A stretch of 64,000 bases of DNA from Cyanophyceae cyanobacterium (GCA_038321985.1 JBBQFN010000002.1:160001-224000); one strand, 5' to 3'. Counted from the stretch's first letter, positions 1 to 10,216 are shown. Numbers and translations are program-made. Notes: a model not told the origin generated them from the sequence alone.

Positions 1-88
1 ATAGACCGATCCGTGTCAATCTTAAGATTTGCTTAAAAAAGCAGCCCTGTATAGGGTCAGGCTCAATAATAGAAGGTTATAGGGAATT

Positions 89-1660
89 ATGGCATCCCCA
101 TCTAAAGTAAAAGCGTATCTTGCTCATTGGCTGCAATTAGGCAAAACTGTCTTGATGCAGAATGGAGGGCTCGACAGAAAGCCAACCCGAACCATCGCAG
201 GCGAGACGTACAGTCAGGAGTTTGAACAATTATGGCAAGAGGTGCACAAGTCAGACTCAGGGCAGTGTTATCTAGGCGGAACCGAGCAAACCGTTGCCGA
301 ACTGATGTCCTCGGAGTGGGAAATTGTAGATTGCCCGCGATGCTCCATGCCTCAACCCCTCCGAACTCAAGGAATGCCCCCCATGTCCTGCCCTTGTAAC
401 GACCTACCCAACTGGCCCAATCCGGACATCCCCGCACCCCGATCGCCTGTCACAAATCGGACCGAACTCCAAGCCATCCGCGATCGCCTCGATCACATGG
501 CACTTAGAGCCGATTTGTATGCCTCCACCATTGGTAATCAACCCACAGACTATCCCCAACCGGATCAAGCGCTTGCCTGGTTGCGCCATCAGAACGAATT
601 AATCTTAAACTCTGCTGGAGAAGGAATCTGTGGATTGGATGAGCAGATGAAGCTCACCTTCCTAAATCCTGCTGCTACAACAATGCTGGGTTACGAACCT
701 ACCGAGGCGATCGGTCAATCTATCCAAATCATGTTAAAAATGACCCCTGCGCCTGAATCCCCCAGTCCAGGGAGTGAATTTCCCATTTATGAAACCCTGA
801 AACAAGGCACGGTTAAATTTATTGCCGGTGGACTCTTTTGGCGGAAAGATGGCACCAGTTTTCCCGTGGAATATATTAGCGCCCCCCTCCGGCAAAAAGG
901 TCAAATCGTTGGGGTTGTTTTAACCTTCAAAGACATCACAGAACGGCTCGAAATCGAACGGATGAAGGATGAGTTTATCTCCATCGTCAGCCACGAACTG
1001 CGCACCCCACTCACCTCAATTCGGGGTGCTCTGGGACTGGTAGCGAGTGGGGTACTTGCCAACAAACCCGACAAATCCCAACGAATGCTGAGCATTGCCT
1101 TAGAAAACTCAGACCGTCTGTTGCGTCTGCTCAATGATATTTTGGATATGGAGCGAATGGCCTCGGGAAAAGTCGCGATGCTCAAACAACCTTGTCATGT
1201 GGGAGAGCTGATGCAACGAGGGGCAGATTCCATACAAGCCCTGGCACAGGAAGCATCAGTCTCGATTGTGGTAGAGCCAGCCGAGGTAGAATTGTTAGCC
1301 GACCCTGATCGCCTGATCCAGGTGTTCACCAATCTCTTGAGCAATGCCATCAAATTTTCCACTCCAGGCTCCAAAGTTTGGCTAACTGCAACCGTCTCAT
1401 CAACTTATATCCTGTTTCAGGTCAAAGATTGTGGACGCGGGATTCCCCCGGAACGATTAGAAAAGATTTTTGAGCGCTTCCAACAGGTAGATAGTTCCGA
1501 CTCCCGAGCACATGGGGGTACAGGTTTAGGTTTGGCGATTTGTGAAAAAATTGTCCAACAGCATGGGGGCCGGATATGGGCTGAAAGTACCCTGGGTGAA
1601 GGCAGCACCTTTTCCTTTACAATCCAGGGTGCAGATTCTCAGCCCGAGGCATCTCTCTAG
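89..1660 (+). CDS. PAS sensor histidine kinase with N-terminal Cys-rich cyanobacterial domain
   Basis: H-box SHELRTPL, N-box NLLSNAIKF, G boxes DCGRGI and GGTGLGL; PAS LILNSAGEGICG...GVVLTFKDITER; N-terminal ~140 aa carry CxxC-x15-CxC. Confidence 0.9.
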   Translation: MASPSKVKAYLAHWLQLGKTVLMQNGGLDRKPTRTIAGETYSQEFEQLWQEVHKSDSGQCYLGGTEQTVAELMSSEWEIVDCPRCSMPQPLRTQGMPPMSCPCNDLPNWPNPDIPAPRSPVTNRTELQAIRDRLDHMALRADLYASTIGNQPTDYPQPDQALAWLRHQNELILNSAGEGICGLDEQMKLTFLNPAATTMLGYEPTEAIGQSIQIMLKMTPAPESPSPGSEFPIYETLKQGTVKFIAGGLFWRKDGTSFPVEYISAPLRQKGQIVGVVLTFKDITERLEIERMKDEFISIVSHELRTPLTSIRGALGLVASGVLANKPDKSQRMLSIALENSDRLLRLLNDILDMERMASGKVAMLKQPCHVGELMQRGADSIQALAQEASVSIVVEPAEVELLADPDRLIQVFTNLLSNAIKFSTPGSKVWLTATVSSTYILFQVKDCGRGIPPERLEKIFERFQQVDSSDSRAHGGTGLGLAICEKIVQQHGGRIWAESTLGEGSTFSFTIQGADSQPEASL

Positions 1661-1734
1661 TGCATCGATTTCGTAGAGGGTGGGAGGGGATAGCCGGATG
1701 TTAAGCACTGACTTGGAACCCGAGGCGATCGCCC

Positions 1735-1783
1735 AAAAAAAAGCCCCCGGACCTTGGCCCTAGGGCCTGAGTTCGGGTGCTGT
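1735..1783 (-). terminator. Probable intrinsic terminator, minus strand, downstream of psbY
   Basis: GC-rich stem gcccccggac/gttcgggtgc around palindrome ggccctagggcc, next to A8 (U8 on minus strand). Confidence 0.6.
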
Positions 1784-2025
1784 TAAATTAGTTTTGTGTT
1801 TGCGTTTGCGTGATTGGCAGTCCAAACTGCTGGGTCCAAACGACTGATCAATCAATCTTCAAGTTCCAGAAGGACTCCCAGGCGCAATTGAAAAAACTGT
1901 AGAAAGAACAGGGTGGAAACCAAACCGATTGATTTCTACAACCCAGTGGGGGTAGATAGGTTAAAGGTCCGACCTCCCACCCCTAAAGAGGCAGCCAGTC
2001 CCTGGTGTTCCCGAGGCCAAACCAT

Positions 2026-2151
2026 TTAGCTTTGTTTGTTCAAAAAGTTTTGGATTTGTGCGATCGCCAACCGAGAAACGTTGAAAAGTGCCCAGCTTCC
2101 AGCGCCAATGATAGGTAACAGAACAACAAGTACGCGCCAGTCAAAATCCAT
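2026..2151 (-). CDS. psbY: Photosystem II protein PsbY (41 aa, below ORF track cutoff)
   Basis: Manual translation [53 protein letters not shown] signature; follows the gamma-CA gene as is usual in cyanobacteria. Confidence 0.93.
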   Translation of the reverse strand: MDFDWRVLVVLLPIIGAGSWALFNVSRLAIAQIQNFLNKQS

Positions 2152-2349
2152 ACTGAATTCCCCTTTTCTTTAAATTCTTAACTTATTTTCGGAGTTCTAC
2201 TAACATTTTGCAATCAATTGGCTCACTTGAACAGCCCTTTTGACTGATTCCGGTCAAATAAGCCGGGAAAACACCGAGAAAAAATCAGGGAGGGGCTTGA
2301 GGGGTCCATCCCTGATTATTTAAGAGTGAGACTGTCCCGCTACCCGCGA

Positions 2350-2910
2350 TTACGAATCTATCGCCACAGCAAAGCCGAGATCCGTTCCCTTGCCGGCATG
2401 AACCAACGCCAGCTTTTCATAGTGTCTGGCGTGTTCGATCAGTTTAGCCGCATCCGTTTCCGAAACCGAGCGAATCGCTTTAGCCGGAATTCCAACCACC
2501 AGAGTATAAGGCGGGACATCCTTCGTGACGACTGCCCCGGCACCGATGGTACTCCCAGTCCCTACCCGGACCCCATCCATGACCACTGCACCGATCCCCA
2601 CCAAACAGCCTCGTTCAATGTAGGCCCCATGTACCACCGCCCGATGTCCCACGGTCACTAAATCTTCTAAAATAGTCGGTTTTCCCGGATCTCCATGTAA
2701 AATCGCCCCATCTTGGATATTGCTACTTGCGCCAATGATAATTTTTTCTACATCCCCACGCACCACCGCGCCGTACCAGATACTCGCACCCCGGCCCACC
2801 TCCACCCAGCCCACTACTGTCGCATTGGGGGCAACAAAGGCGGCAAGAGACAAGTCGGGAAGGGGCCAATAATTCGCGCAGCCCTGGAAAGGTTGATTGA
2901 AATTTGTCAC
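2350..2910 (-). CDS. Gamma carbonic anhydrase-like hexapeptide-repeat protein
   Basis: Left-handed beta-helix hexapeptides; RGD, NIQDG..H and VGH..VVHG metal His motifs. Confidence 0.9.
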   Translation of the reverse strand: MTNFNQPFQGCANYWPLPDLSLAAFVAPNATVVGWVEVGRGASIWYGAVVRGDVEKIIIGASSNIQDGAILHGDPGKPTILEDLVTVGHRAVVHGAYIERGCLVGIGAVVMDGVRVGTGSTIGAGAVVTKDVPPYTLVVGIPAKAIRSVSETDAAKLIEHARHYEKLALVHAGKGTDLGFAVAIDS

Positions 2911-3031
2911 AATTTTGGTTACCTGATTTTAAGGAATCGCCATAAATTGTAAGCAATACTCAGGTCTGCCTAGCTATAATAAAGCCAAAATCCCTGGCGC
3001 ACCTAACCCCAGCAAGTTGGCCCCCAATAGC

Positions 3032-3541
3032 ATGATCAATTTAGCTTCGCAGTATCCTATCTTCGGCCCAGAGATTCAGTGTCCACACTGTCGTCAGACA
3101 ATACCCGCACTGACTCTGACGGATACTTATCTGTGTCAGCGACATGGCGCGTTTGAGGCTAACCCTTCCACGGGGGAACTGATTCATCTCCAGTCTGGAC
3201 GGCACTGGCGTCAGTGGAATAGTGAGTGGTATCGGCAACATACCCATCCTGATGGGATTCGCTTTGAAATTCACGAAGCCCTCGATCGCCTTTATACCCA
3301 GGGTTATCGTGCAACCCAAGTGATAATCGCCCAACGGTATCAGAATCTGATCGGGTCTTATCTAGAACGCAGTTCTCCTTGGCGGGGTCAGCCCGATTCG
3401 GCAAAATTGCGCCTCTATGGTTTACCTGTCGAATTCAGTCCGGACGCGGAGGCCGATCCCTGTTGGGAAGTGATTAATTTTGAGTTGGAAAAGGAACCGG
3501 GTGTTCCTATCCGCTATCCTTATTTCCGATTGTTTGAATAA
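3032..3541 (+). CDS. Conserved cyanobacterial protein (TIGR02652 family)
   Basis: YPIFGPEIQCPHCRQTIPALTLTDTYLC..HG and C-terminal RYPYFRLF; ATG at 3032 preferred over TTG at 3017. Confidence 0.85.
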   Translation: MINLASQYPIFGPEIQCPHCRQTIPALTLTDTYLCQRHGAFEANPSTGELIHLQSGRHWRQWNSEWYRQHTHPDGIRFEIHEALDRLYTQGYRATQVIIAQRYQNLIGSYLERSSPWRGQPDSAKLRLYGLPVEFSPDAEADPCWEVINFELEKEPGVPIRYPYFRLFE

Positions 3542-3561
3542 CCCGGTTCAGGGCCGCGAAG

Positions 3562-3996
3562 ATGCACCACGTTTCTATCCGCACTGCTAATATTCATCGC
3601 GCGATCGCCTTTTATTCCCTCCTCGGATTTACCGTTTGCGAGCGCTTTACCGCCGGCATTACCCTTGCCTGTTGGATGGAAGGCTTAAATGGACGCATCG
3701 AACTGATTCAAATTCCCCAACCTCGACCCGCTGCCGATGCCTTTGGGGATGAGCATTACACCGGCTATTATCATTTATCCTTTGATCTGACCCAAACCAC
3801 TCCCGATCTGCCCGGTTGGTTAGAAGAGTTACAACAGCGCGTTTTGCACGCAAGCGAGTCTAATCCGGATTTGTCCCCGTTGAAGGTGTTGCTTGAGCCT
3901 ACCCAGCAAATGATTGGCGATCGCCTTTACGAAGTCGCTTTTATTGCCGATACCGATGGCCTCCCCTTAGAATTTATTCGAGTTTTAAAATCCTAA
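3562..3996 (+). CDS. VOC/glyoxalase family protein
   Basis: MHHVSIRT, IELIQ, YYHLSF and FIADTDGLPLEF metal-binding motifs. Confidence 0.88.
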   Translation: MHHVSIRTANIHRAIAFYSLLGFTVCERFTAGITLACWMEGLNGRIELIQIPQPRPAADAFGDEHYTGYYHLSFDLTQTTPDLPGWLEELQQRVLHASESNPDLSPLKVLLEPTQQMIGDRLYEVAFIADTDGLPLEFIRVLKS

Positions 3997-4029
3997 AGAT
4001 GACAGATTGGGGAAATTCCGGAGAAGTTG

Positions 4030-4052
4030 GTAGTAACGACTTGCTGTCGTTT
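4030..4052. repeat. GTAG-initiated small dispersed repeat (GTAGTAACGAC..GTCGTT)
   Basis: gtagtaacgacttgctgtcgttt; related copies at 30371 and 30450. Confidence 0.55.
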
Positions 4053-4206
4053 CTGCATCCAAGCGCGTAAGCCGCCCAATGCCCGTGTCAGGGCTTCAGC
4101 CATAACCCGAGAACCAATCTAATCTCCCCAACTCCCCCATTTTCCCCAGGCATACCCCGAGGATGATACATTCGGTAAGGAAACGTTCGCAATTTTCCTC
4201 AAAACT

Positions 4207-4728
4207 ATGACTTTCCTACCCCTCATGCGATCGCCCTTAAAGCTGTTCCCGCGTTTGAGATGGCAACCCCTCTTCTCCCTCCTGTTCAGTCTGGGAGTGG
4301 GGCTGAGTTTGTTCGGGTCCCCAGTTTTGGCCGCGTCGGTTAATCCAGGCTATCTAGCTGCTCAATCCCTCACTGAAATTAAAGTCAGCTTAGGCAATAG
4401 CGCCGACGAGCTTAAGTTTACTCCTGATCGCCTCGACTTTGTTGCCGGAAAGGGGTATAAATTAGTCCTGGACAATCCCAGTCCCCAAAAACATTATTTC
4501 ACGGCTAAAGATTTTGCCGATGCCAGTTGGACTAACAAAGTCGAAGCAGGAAAGGTAGAAATTAAAGGCGCGATCCATGAACTCGAACTCAAACCTACCG
4601 CTGAAGCGGAATGGATATTAATCCCCCTCAAACCCGGTACTTATCAGTTGCGCTGCACCATTCCGGGTCATACAGAAGCCGGAATGACCGGCACGATTAC
4701 CGTCTCTGCCGGACCGGAACCCGTATAA
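4207..4728 (+). CDS. Exported cupredoxin (type-1 blue copper) protein
   Basis: Signal peptide ending VLA; His in QKHYF and C-x4-H-x4-M (CTIPGHTEAGM). Confidence 0.88.
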   Translation: MTFLPLMRSPLKLFPRLRWQPLFSLLFSLGVGLSLFGSPVLAASVNPGYLAAQSLTEIKVSLGNSADELKFTPDRLDFVAGKGYKLVLDNPSPQKHYFTAKDFADASWTNKVEAGKVEIKGAIHELELKPTAEAEWILIPLKPGTYQLRCTIPGHTEAGMTGTITVSAGPEPV

Positions 4729-4908
4729 ATGTTTACAAGCACTCAAGGGTTGGGAAGGACTCTTTAACCCACAACTCTCTGGGGAATTGGGGAATAATCT
4801 GTTAACTTAGATAAAGATTCCTCGATGCAAGTTAAGGCGATCGCCCTAACTTGCGCAACGCTTCCTCATTATTTATTGATGTCCATATCCTAGTTACTTA
4901 TCCCATAG

Positions 4909-5742
4909 ATGAACATTCTTTCTAATCTACTTCCTCAGCCCGTCGGTCAATCGCGTGCCAAAAAACAGCAACGCCGGGGTATTGAACTCAAGTCGAAGCG
5001 CGAAATCGAGATCATGCGTCAGGCATCAAAAATTGTCGCAACGGTTCTCAAAGAAATTTCTGAAATGGTTGAACCGGGAATGACCACCGCTGACTTGGAT
5101 GCCTATGCAGAAAAACGCATCCGGGAAATGGGAGCCACTCCTAGTTTTAAAGGCTATCATGGATTTCCTGCCTCGATTTGCGCCAGTGTTAATCAAGAAG
5201 TGGTGCATGGTATTCCCAACAAAAAAAAGGTACTCTGTCTTGGGGATGTCCTCAAAGTCGATACGGGCGCTTATTTTGAGGGATTTCATGGGGATTCTTG
5301 CATTACCGTTCCCGTGGGTGGGGAAACCTCCCCAGAGGCGGCACACTTGATTCGCGCCGCTGAAGAATCGCTTTATAAGGGGATTGAACAAGTGAAAGCC
5401 GGGAATTATCTGCTAGATATTGCCGGTGCGATCGAAGATTGTGTTAAAGCCAATGGGTTTAGTGTAGTCGAAGATTTCACGGGTCATGGTGTGGGGCGAA
5501 ATCTCCACGAAGAACCTTCGGTTTTTAATTTCCGGACTCGGGAAATGCCCAATGTGAAATTACGGGCGGGGATGACCCTGGCGATCGAGCCAATTGTGAA
5601 CCAGGGTTCACGCTACACGAAAATTTTATCGGATAAATGGACTGCGGTCACCGTTGATAATTCCCTATCCGCTCAGTTTGAGCATACGGTATTGGTCACT
5701 GATGATGGATATGAGATTTTAACCGATCGCACGAAGGTATAA
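4909..5742 (+). CDS. map: Methionine aminopeptidase type I
   Basis: ICASVN..VVHGIP, GDS, GHGVG..LHEEP, AIEP, SAQFEHT. Confidence 0.97.
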   Translation: MNILSNLLPQPVGQSRAKKQQRRGIELKSKREIEIMRQASKIVATVLKEISEMVEPGMTTADLDAYAEKRIREMGATPSFKGYHGFPASICASVNQEVVHGIPNKKKVLCLGDVLKVDTGAYFEGFHGDSCITVPVGGETSPEAAHLIRAAEESLYKGIEQVKAGNYLLDIAGAIEDCVKANGFSVVEDFTGHGVGRNLHEEPSVFNFRTREMPNVKLRAGMTLAIEPIVNQGSRYTKILSDKWTAVTVDNSLSAQFEHTVLVTDDGYEILTDRTKV

Positions 5743-6452
5743 TTTTCCGGTGATAAGTGCCTCCTCCACTGGGTTGGGGGCTATTTTTTTTTGGGGAAAC
5801 TGGGGTTTTTCCAGAAAACCGACCCCTGAGTGGGTGCTGCCACCGGGACCAAGTTGCGCTTCGACTGCCCTCAGCCGGCGCTTGGTTCTAGAGAAAAGGG
5901 CCTTGGAAAAGCTGGGTTTGGGATGAATCAATCCTAAACCTTCTTTGGCTGTAACTGTGATTTTACAACCGTTGCTACACCCAACTCGGGTTTGAATCCC
6001 TGGCAGTTTTTGGGTCTAACCGGTTAGATTTTTCCCAATTAGGGCCTCGGGATAAAGTTGATCAATGGGGTTTCTAACGAGACTTTCTACCCATGTCCTA
6101 AATTAACCCTAGGACTTAATAAGCGGGGATCATTTATTAAGGGGAACGATCCCATTAATAAATGGGTTTAAAACTCAATTCTCTCCTGAAAAAACACAGT
6201 TTTAATCTTTACGGACTTAAAACCAATCTAAAGATTAAGGAGATTGTAAACCCAGATCCTGCCTTGGAAAAATTTATCGAGTATGGTGAAGTAACCCGAC
6301 TGCTATCAGCAAAATTTTTTAATCTTCCTAGAAAAACTAAACTGAGGAGAGTGTGATATAATCCGTTAAATGATACGCAATCGCTGCGTTCGTTTAACTT
6401 AATCATAACAATCTTACAGTATAGCATCTCGCTCGATTCAATAATAGGGTGT

Positions 6453-7376
6453 ATGGGAGAAAAAGCGATTGTGCAAGCCAAACTGTTAGGAAACTGTAAC
6501 TGGGGCATCCGATGGGTGCAGATTGTCCGGCGCGAAGCCTGGGTGAATTGGTTATTCATCCAAGGTGAGATATGGGTCGGAATTATCCCGGGATTGATTT
6601 TTCTAAGTGTTGCCTGGAACGCTCAGGAATCACCACAAGTAGAACTTCTGCCGGTGTTAGCCGGGGGGACGCTCTATTTCTTGTTATATACTTATACTTT
6701 TTGTGTAGCGAACCAAATGATGGGTGTGGTGGGCGATCGCATTAACCAGCGCGATCGCCCCCTGTGCCGGGGTCTGATTTCTTATCACGGAGCCAAGCGG
6801 CGCTGGATTGCCAGCATGGTAAGCTTCTCAGTGGTGGGATGGCAGTTAGGGGTTTTTGAATGGACCCTGCTCTGGCAAGTCTGTATTGCCTTGCTCACCT
6901 TTGGACGATTCAGCGTAGAATGGCCCACGAAACACTTCTTTTTAGGACTCGGAGCGATCGCTCAAATGGCCGCAGCATGGCAGATGATCGCATCGATTAA
7001 CCTCGTTCAGGGGACCTGGATCTTGTTAGTGGCAATTCTGTGTAGTGCGGTTTTAGGCATTCAAGACCTCAGCGATTTTGAGGGAGATTTGGCGACAGGG
7101 GTGAACACATTTCCGATAACGTTTGGAGATAAAGGCAGCCGAGTTATCCTTTGTATCAGCTTTTTGCTCTTGCCTTTTGTCATTCATGTGGGACTGTTAA
7201 TGCCAGCGGGCTTTAACGCTCATTTACTCCCCTGGGCAGTCGCCCAAGCCTTCGCCAGTTGGGGGGTAGCCCTGCGGGTGATTTTCTATCAATCGCCCAC
7301 TGCTGATCACGATACTTACCTATTAGCTTTAGGTTGGTATTATCTCGTTTTAGGCAGTGCAAGCGCCGCATTTTAA
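6453..7376 (+). CDS. UbiA-superfamily membrane protein resembling UbiA-type terpene cyclases
   Basis: Multiple TM helices; NQMMGVVGDRINQRDRP and QDLSDFEGD..G..TFP motifs; start uncertain. Confidence 0.8.
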   Translation: MGEKAIVQAKLLGNCNWGIRWVQIVRREAWVNWLFIQGEIWVGIIPGLIFLSVAWNAQESPQVELLPVLAGGTLYFLLYTYTFCVANQMMGVVGDRINQRDRPLCRGLISYHGAKRRWIASMVSFSVVGWQLGVFEWTLLWQVCIALLTFGRFSVEWPTKHFFLGLGAIAQMAAAWQMIASINLVQGTWILLVAILCSAVLGIQDLSDFEGDLATGVNTFPITFGDKGSRVILCISFLLLPFVIHVGLLMPAGFNAHLLPWAVAQAFASWGVALRVIFYQSPTADHDTYLLALGWYYLVLGSASAAF

Positions 7377-7839
7377 GCCGATTTAACTTTCCTTCAACAC
7401 CCCTCAAAAAGTCCAGTGCGATCGCCCTAATCGGCGATCCTTTTTTTGAGAATCCAACCCCAAAATAGAAGGATTCCCACCTAAAAAACTCAAAAATTCT
7501 CCGGCCTGGGTTGAACGTAAATTCCCTGGATTATAAGTAGCGCGTCATTCCTAAAAAATTACCAGAAATTTGTAGGATTCCTCTAAACTCCTTGACTCCC
7601 AGGCGATCGCCGGTGCAAATCTGGATTTGCCTCCCAGGTTTTAGGAGCGATCGCCAACAGTGACGATTGATAAAGTGTCTACTTCCCTGGCTTCCTAGGG
7701 CAATCCAGATTGTAAGGTAAACCATGAGCCGGCAGGGCAATAATCAAAGCTAATTGGGGTAGGTTGCATCAACGAACCCACGCCGACTCGTGCTCGATGG
7801 CAAAATAGAGAAGAAGAAGGCGATCGCCCAGAGGCAAGC

Positions 7840-9246
7840 ATGAATAAACAGGATTTAGCATTTACACCAGCCCTAGAGCAAGCGCAGCTTATTCGGACGA
7901 AACAACTCTCGCCTTTAGAACTGACCGAGCTTTATTTAGAACGCATTGAAACCTTCGATCCCCAGTTGGGCAGCTATTTTACCGTCACCTCTGAATTAGC
8001 CTTAGCCGATGCCAAAGCCAAAACGGAACAACTCGCCACAACAGATCCCCACAGCCTCCCCCCTTTCTTTGGCGTCCCAATTTCTATCAAAGACCTCACC
8101 GCCGTAGCGGATATCCCTTGTACCTATGGAGTAGCAGCTCTGCGGGACAAAGTGCCTAACCACGATCGCGCGGTTGTCACCCGCATCAAACAAGGGGGAT
8201 TTGTCCTATTGGGTAAAACCGCCACATCCCAATTAGGCAGCCTTCCCTTTACAGAACCGGCAGGATTCCCGCCCACGCGCAATCCCTGGAATTTAGACTA
8301 CACCCCAGGGGGGTCTAGTGGGGGAGCCTCCGCTGCCCTCAGTGCTGGATTATGTGCGATCGCCCAGGCATCCGATGGTGGCGGTTCCCTCCGAGGTCCC
8401 GCTGCTTGCTGTGGGTTAGTTGGGATTAAACCCGCCAGAGGTCGAGTTTCTCTAGCGCCCCTGGGGGATTGCGTCAATGGATTACTGACTCATGGGGCGA
8501 TCACCCGAACCGTTGCCGATGCTGCTGCCATGCTCGATCTGATTTCCGGTTATGTTTCCGGAGACCCTTACTGGCTTCCCGACCCTGACCCGTCCTTTCT
8601 CGCTCATGCCACAGCAAAAACCGTAAAACCCTTGCGGATAGCCTTTGTCACCAAGATTGACCCGATTGGGGAAGCAGCTCCCGAATGTCAGCAGGCGGTC
8701 CTAAACACCGTGCAAAGCCTGGAAGAGATGGGACACGCGATCGAACAAATTTCCCTGGATTTAACCGATTTACTCCAACCTCTTACCGCGATTTGGGTGA
8801 GTGGTGTTGCCTTTTCTGGGATGCCGAAAGACATCCTGCAACCCATCAACCAGTGGTTTTTAGAACGCGGACAGCAGGTAACGAGCGGCCAATACTTGCA
8901 GGCTGTAGCCCAGATGCAAATTTTCTCCCGGCATCTGGTGGCGTCCTTGGAGCAATATGATGCCCTAGTCTTGCCGGTGTTTATGAGTCCAACCATTCGA
9001 GTTGGGGAATGGGCGAATCTCAGTCCTGAAGAAATTTTGCACAAAAGTTTTGAATGGGTGGCTCCCTGTCCCCTGTTTAATGCCACAGGTCAACCGGCGA
9101 TCGTCATTCCTGCGGGATTTTCCTCCGGTTTACCTGTAGGCGTCCAGCTTGTTGGCCGTCCTGCCGGAGAAGCTCCCCTCTTAGCCTTAGCAGCTCAATT
9201 GGAAGCGGCTCACCCTTGGATCCAACACCGTCCCTCCCTCTCATGA
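7840..9246 (+). CDS. Amidase-signature family enzyme
   Basis: GVPISIKD, GGSSGG and SDGGGSLR (Lys-Ser-Ser triad), GLPVGVQL. Confidence 0.93.
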   Translation: MNKQDLAFTPALEQAQLIRTKQLSPLELTELYLERIETFDPQLGSYFTVTSELALADAKAKTEQLATTDPHSLPPFFGVPISIKDLTAVADIPCTYGVAALRDKVPNHDRAVVTRIKQGGFVLLGKTATSQLGSLPFTEPAGFPPTRNPWNLDYTPGGSSGGASAALSAGLCAIAQASDGGGSLRGPAACCGLVGIKPARGRVSLAPLGDCVNGLLTHGAITRTVADAAAMLDLISGYVSGDPYWLPDPDPSFLAHATAKTVKPLRIAFVTKIDPIGEAAPECQQAVLNTVQSLEEMGHAIEQISLDLTDLLQPLTAIWVSGVAFSGMPKDILQPINQWFLERGQQVTSGQYLQAVAQMQIFSRHLVASLEQYDALVLPVFMSPTIRVGEWANLSPEEILHKSFEWVAPCPLFNATGQPAIVIPAGFSSGLPVGVQLVGRPAGEAPLLALAAQLEAAHPWIQHRPSLS

Positions 9247-9496
9247 GCGATCGCAGTCCTCTGAGTTGACGGATGCACTCCATCCCCGCCAGAAACCGAG
9301 TTCTGCATGGATATAGTAGTCACTCACCCGCCCATTTTATTAACGTTAGTTCGGGATAAGCTGCGTTTTCTCTTTCGCCGGCGCAGTCGAAGCCCCGCTT
9401 TGTTCTTCTAGCCTCCGCCTTTAGGCTTTGGGTTCTTCATCAAAAAAACCCTCTCCTGAGTAGGAGAGAGTTTAGGGGTTAGCTTGAGCTTAAAAA

Positions 9497-10216
9497 TTAA
9501 TTTGCAGGAATCGTTAAACCCGAGTCGTTAGCAGGTTCTGCTGACTCAGGTGCTGGGCTGGCTTCGGGTTCAGGTGTTTCTTGGTTTTCCACAGCAGGAG
9601 TAGTAGGTTCTGCTGGGGCCGGAGTGGATTCCTGATTGATTTCCGGCATGGTGATGTTGATATTCGGGGGCGACACGGGCGCAGCAGCCGGTTGTTCTAC
9701 TGGAGCCTCTTGAGTCTGGGAATTGGGGACAGTAATATTGATATTCGGGGCCGGTTGAGCCGGTTCGGGGGCAGTTTCCTCGGCCTCGCCCGAAGTATCC
9801 GGGGTCCCCGGAATCACCCGTTCGATGATGGTCCGTTCTCGCTCGATAGTGCGGGTGGGAGCAGGTTCGGCTTGGGGCTGTTCAGGGGCCGGAGCGATCG
9901 CTGGGCTCGAAGCGCTATCACGCTGGGACGCATAATAGAGAGCTCCTCCCACTAACGCCACTAGAGAAGCCAGAATAATCCCCAACAATAAGCCTCGCGA
10001 CGTATTTTCGTTATCCCGCTCATGCCGTCGGTTTTCGCGGACGTTTTCCACGACTCGGCCTTGCACATAACCGTCGTTATAACCTGCATTCTCTGCACGC
10101 TCAGCTCGGGCAGCGGATGGAGTTACCGGGGGTACGCTGGCTTGACCGTTCCCTTGAGGTGTGGAGTTCGCCTGTGAAGGGGTCTCGTTATGGGGATTGC
10201 GTTCGTTAGATTTCAT
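9497..10216 (-). CDS. Hypothetical single-TM protein with Pro/Glu-rich tail
   Basis: TM GLLLGIILASLVALVGGALYY; TIIER motif; PNINIT occurs twice; terminator-like stem near 9443-9472. Confidence 0.75.
   Translation of the reverse strand: MKSNERNPHNETPSQANSTPQGNGQASVPPVTPSAARAERAENAGYNDGYVQGRVVENVRENRRHERDNENTSRGLLLGIILASLVALVGGALYYASQRDSASSPAIAPAPEQPQAEPAPTRTIERERTIIERVIPGTPDTSGEAEETAPEPAQPAPNINITVPNSQTQEAPVEQPAAAPVSPPNINITMPEINQESTPAPAEPTTPAVENQETPEPEASPAPESAEPANDSGLTIPAN

Noticed and set aside
5985..6005. tRNA T-loop-like gggtttgaatccc
   Set aside because: No cloverleaf, D-arm or acceptor stem around it
6162..6559. ORFs 6162-6356 (+) and 6209-6559 (-)
   Set aside because: AT-rich spacer, no recognisable motifs; the second overlaps the UbiA gene
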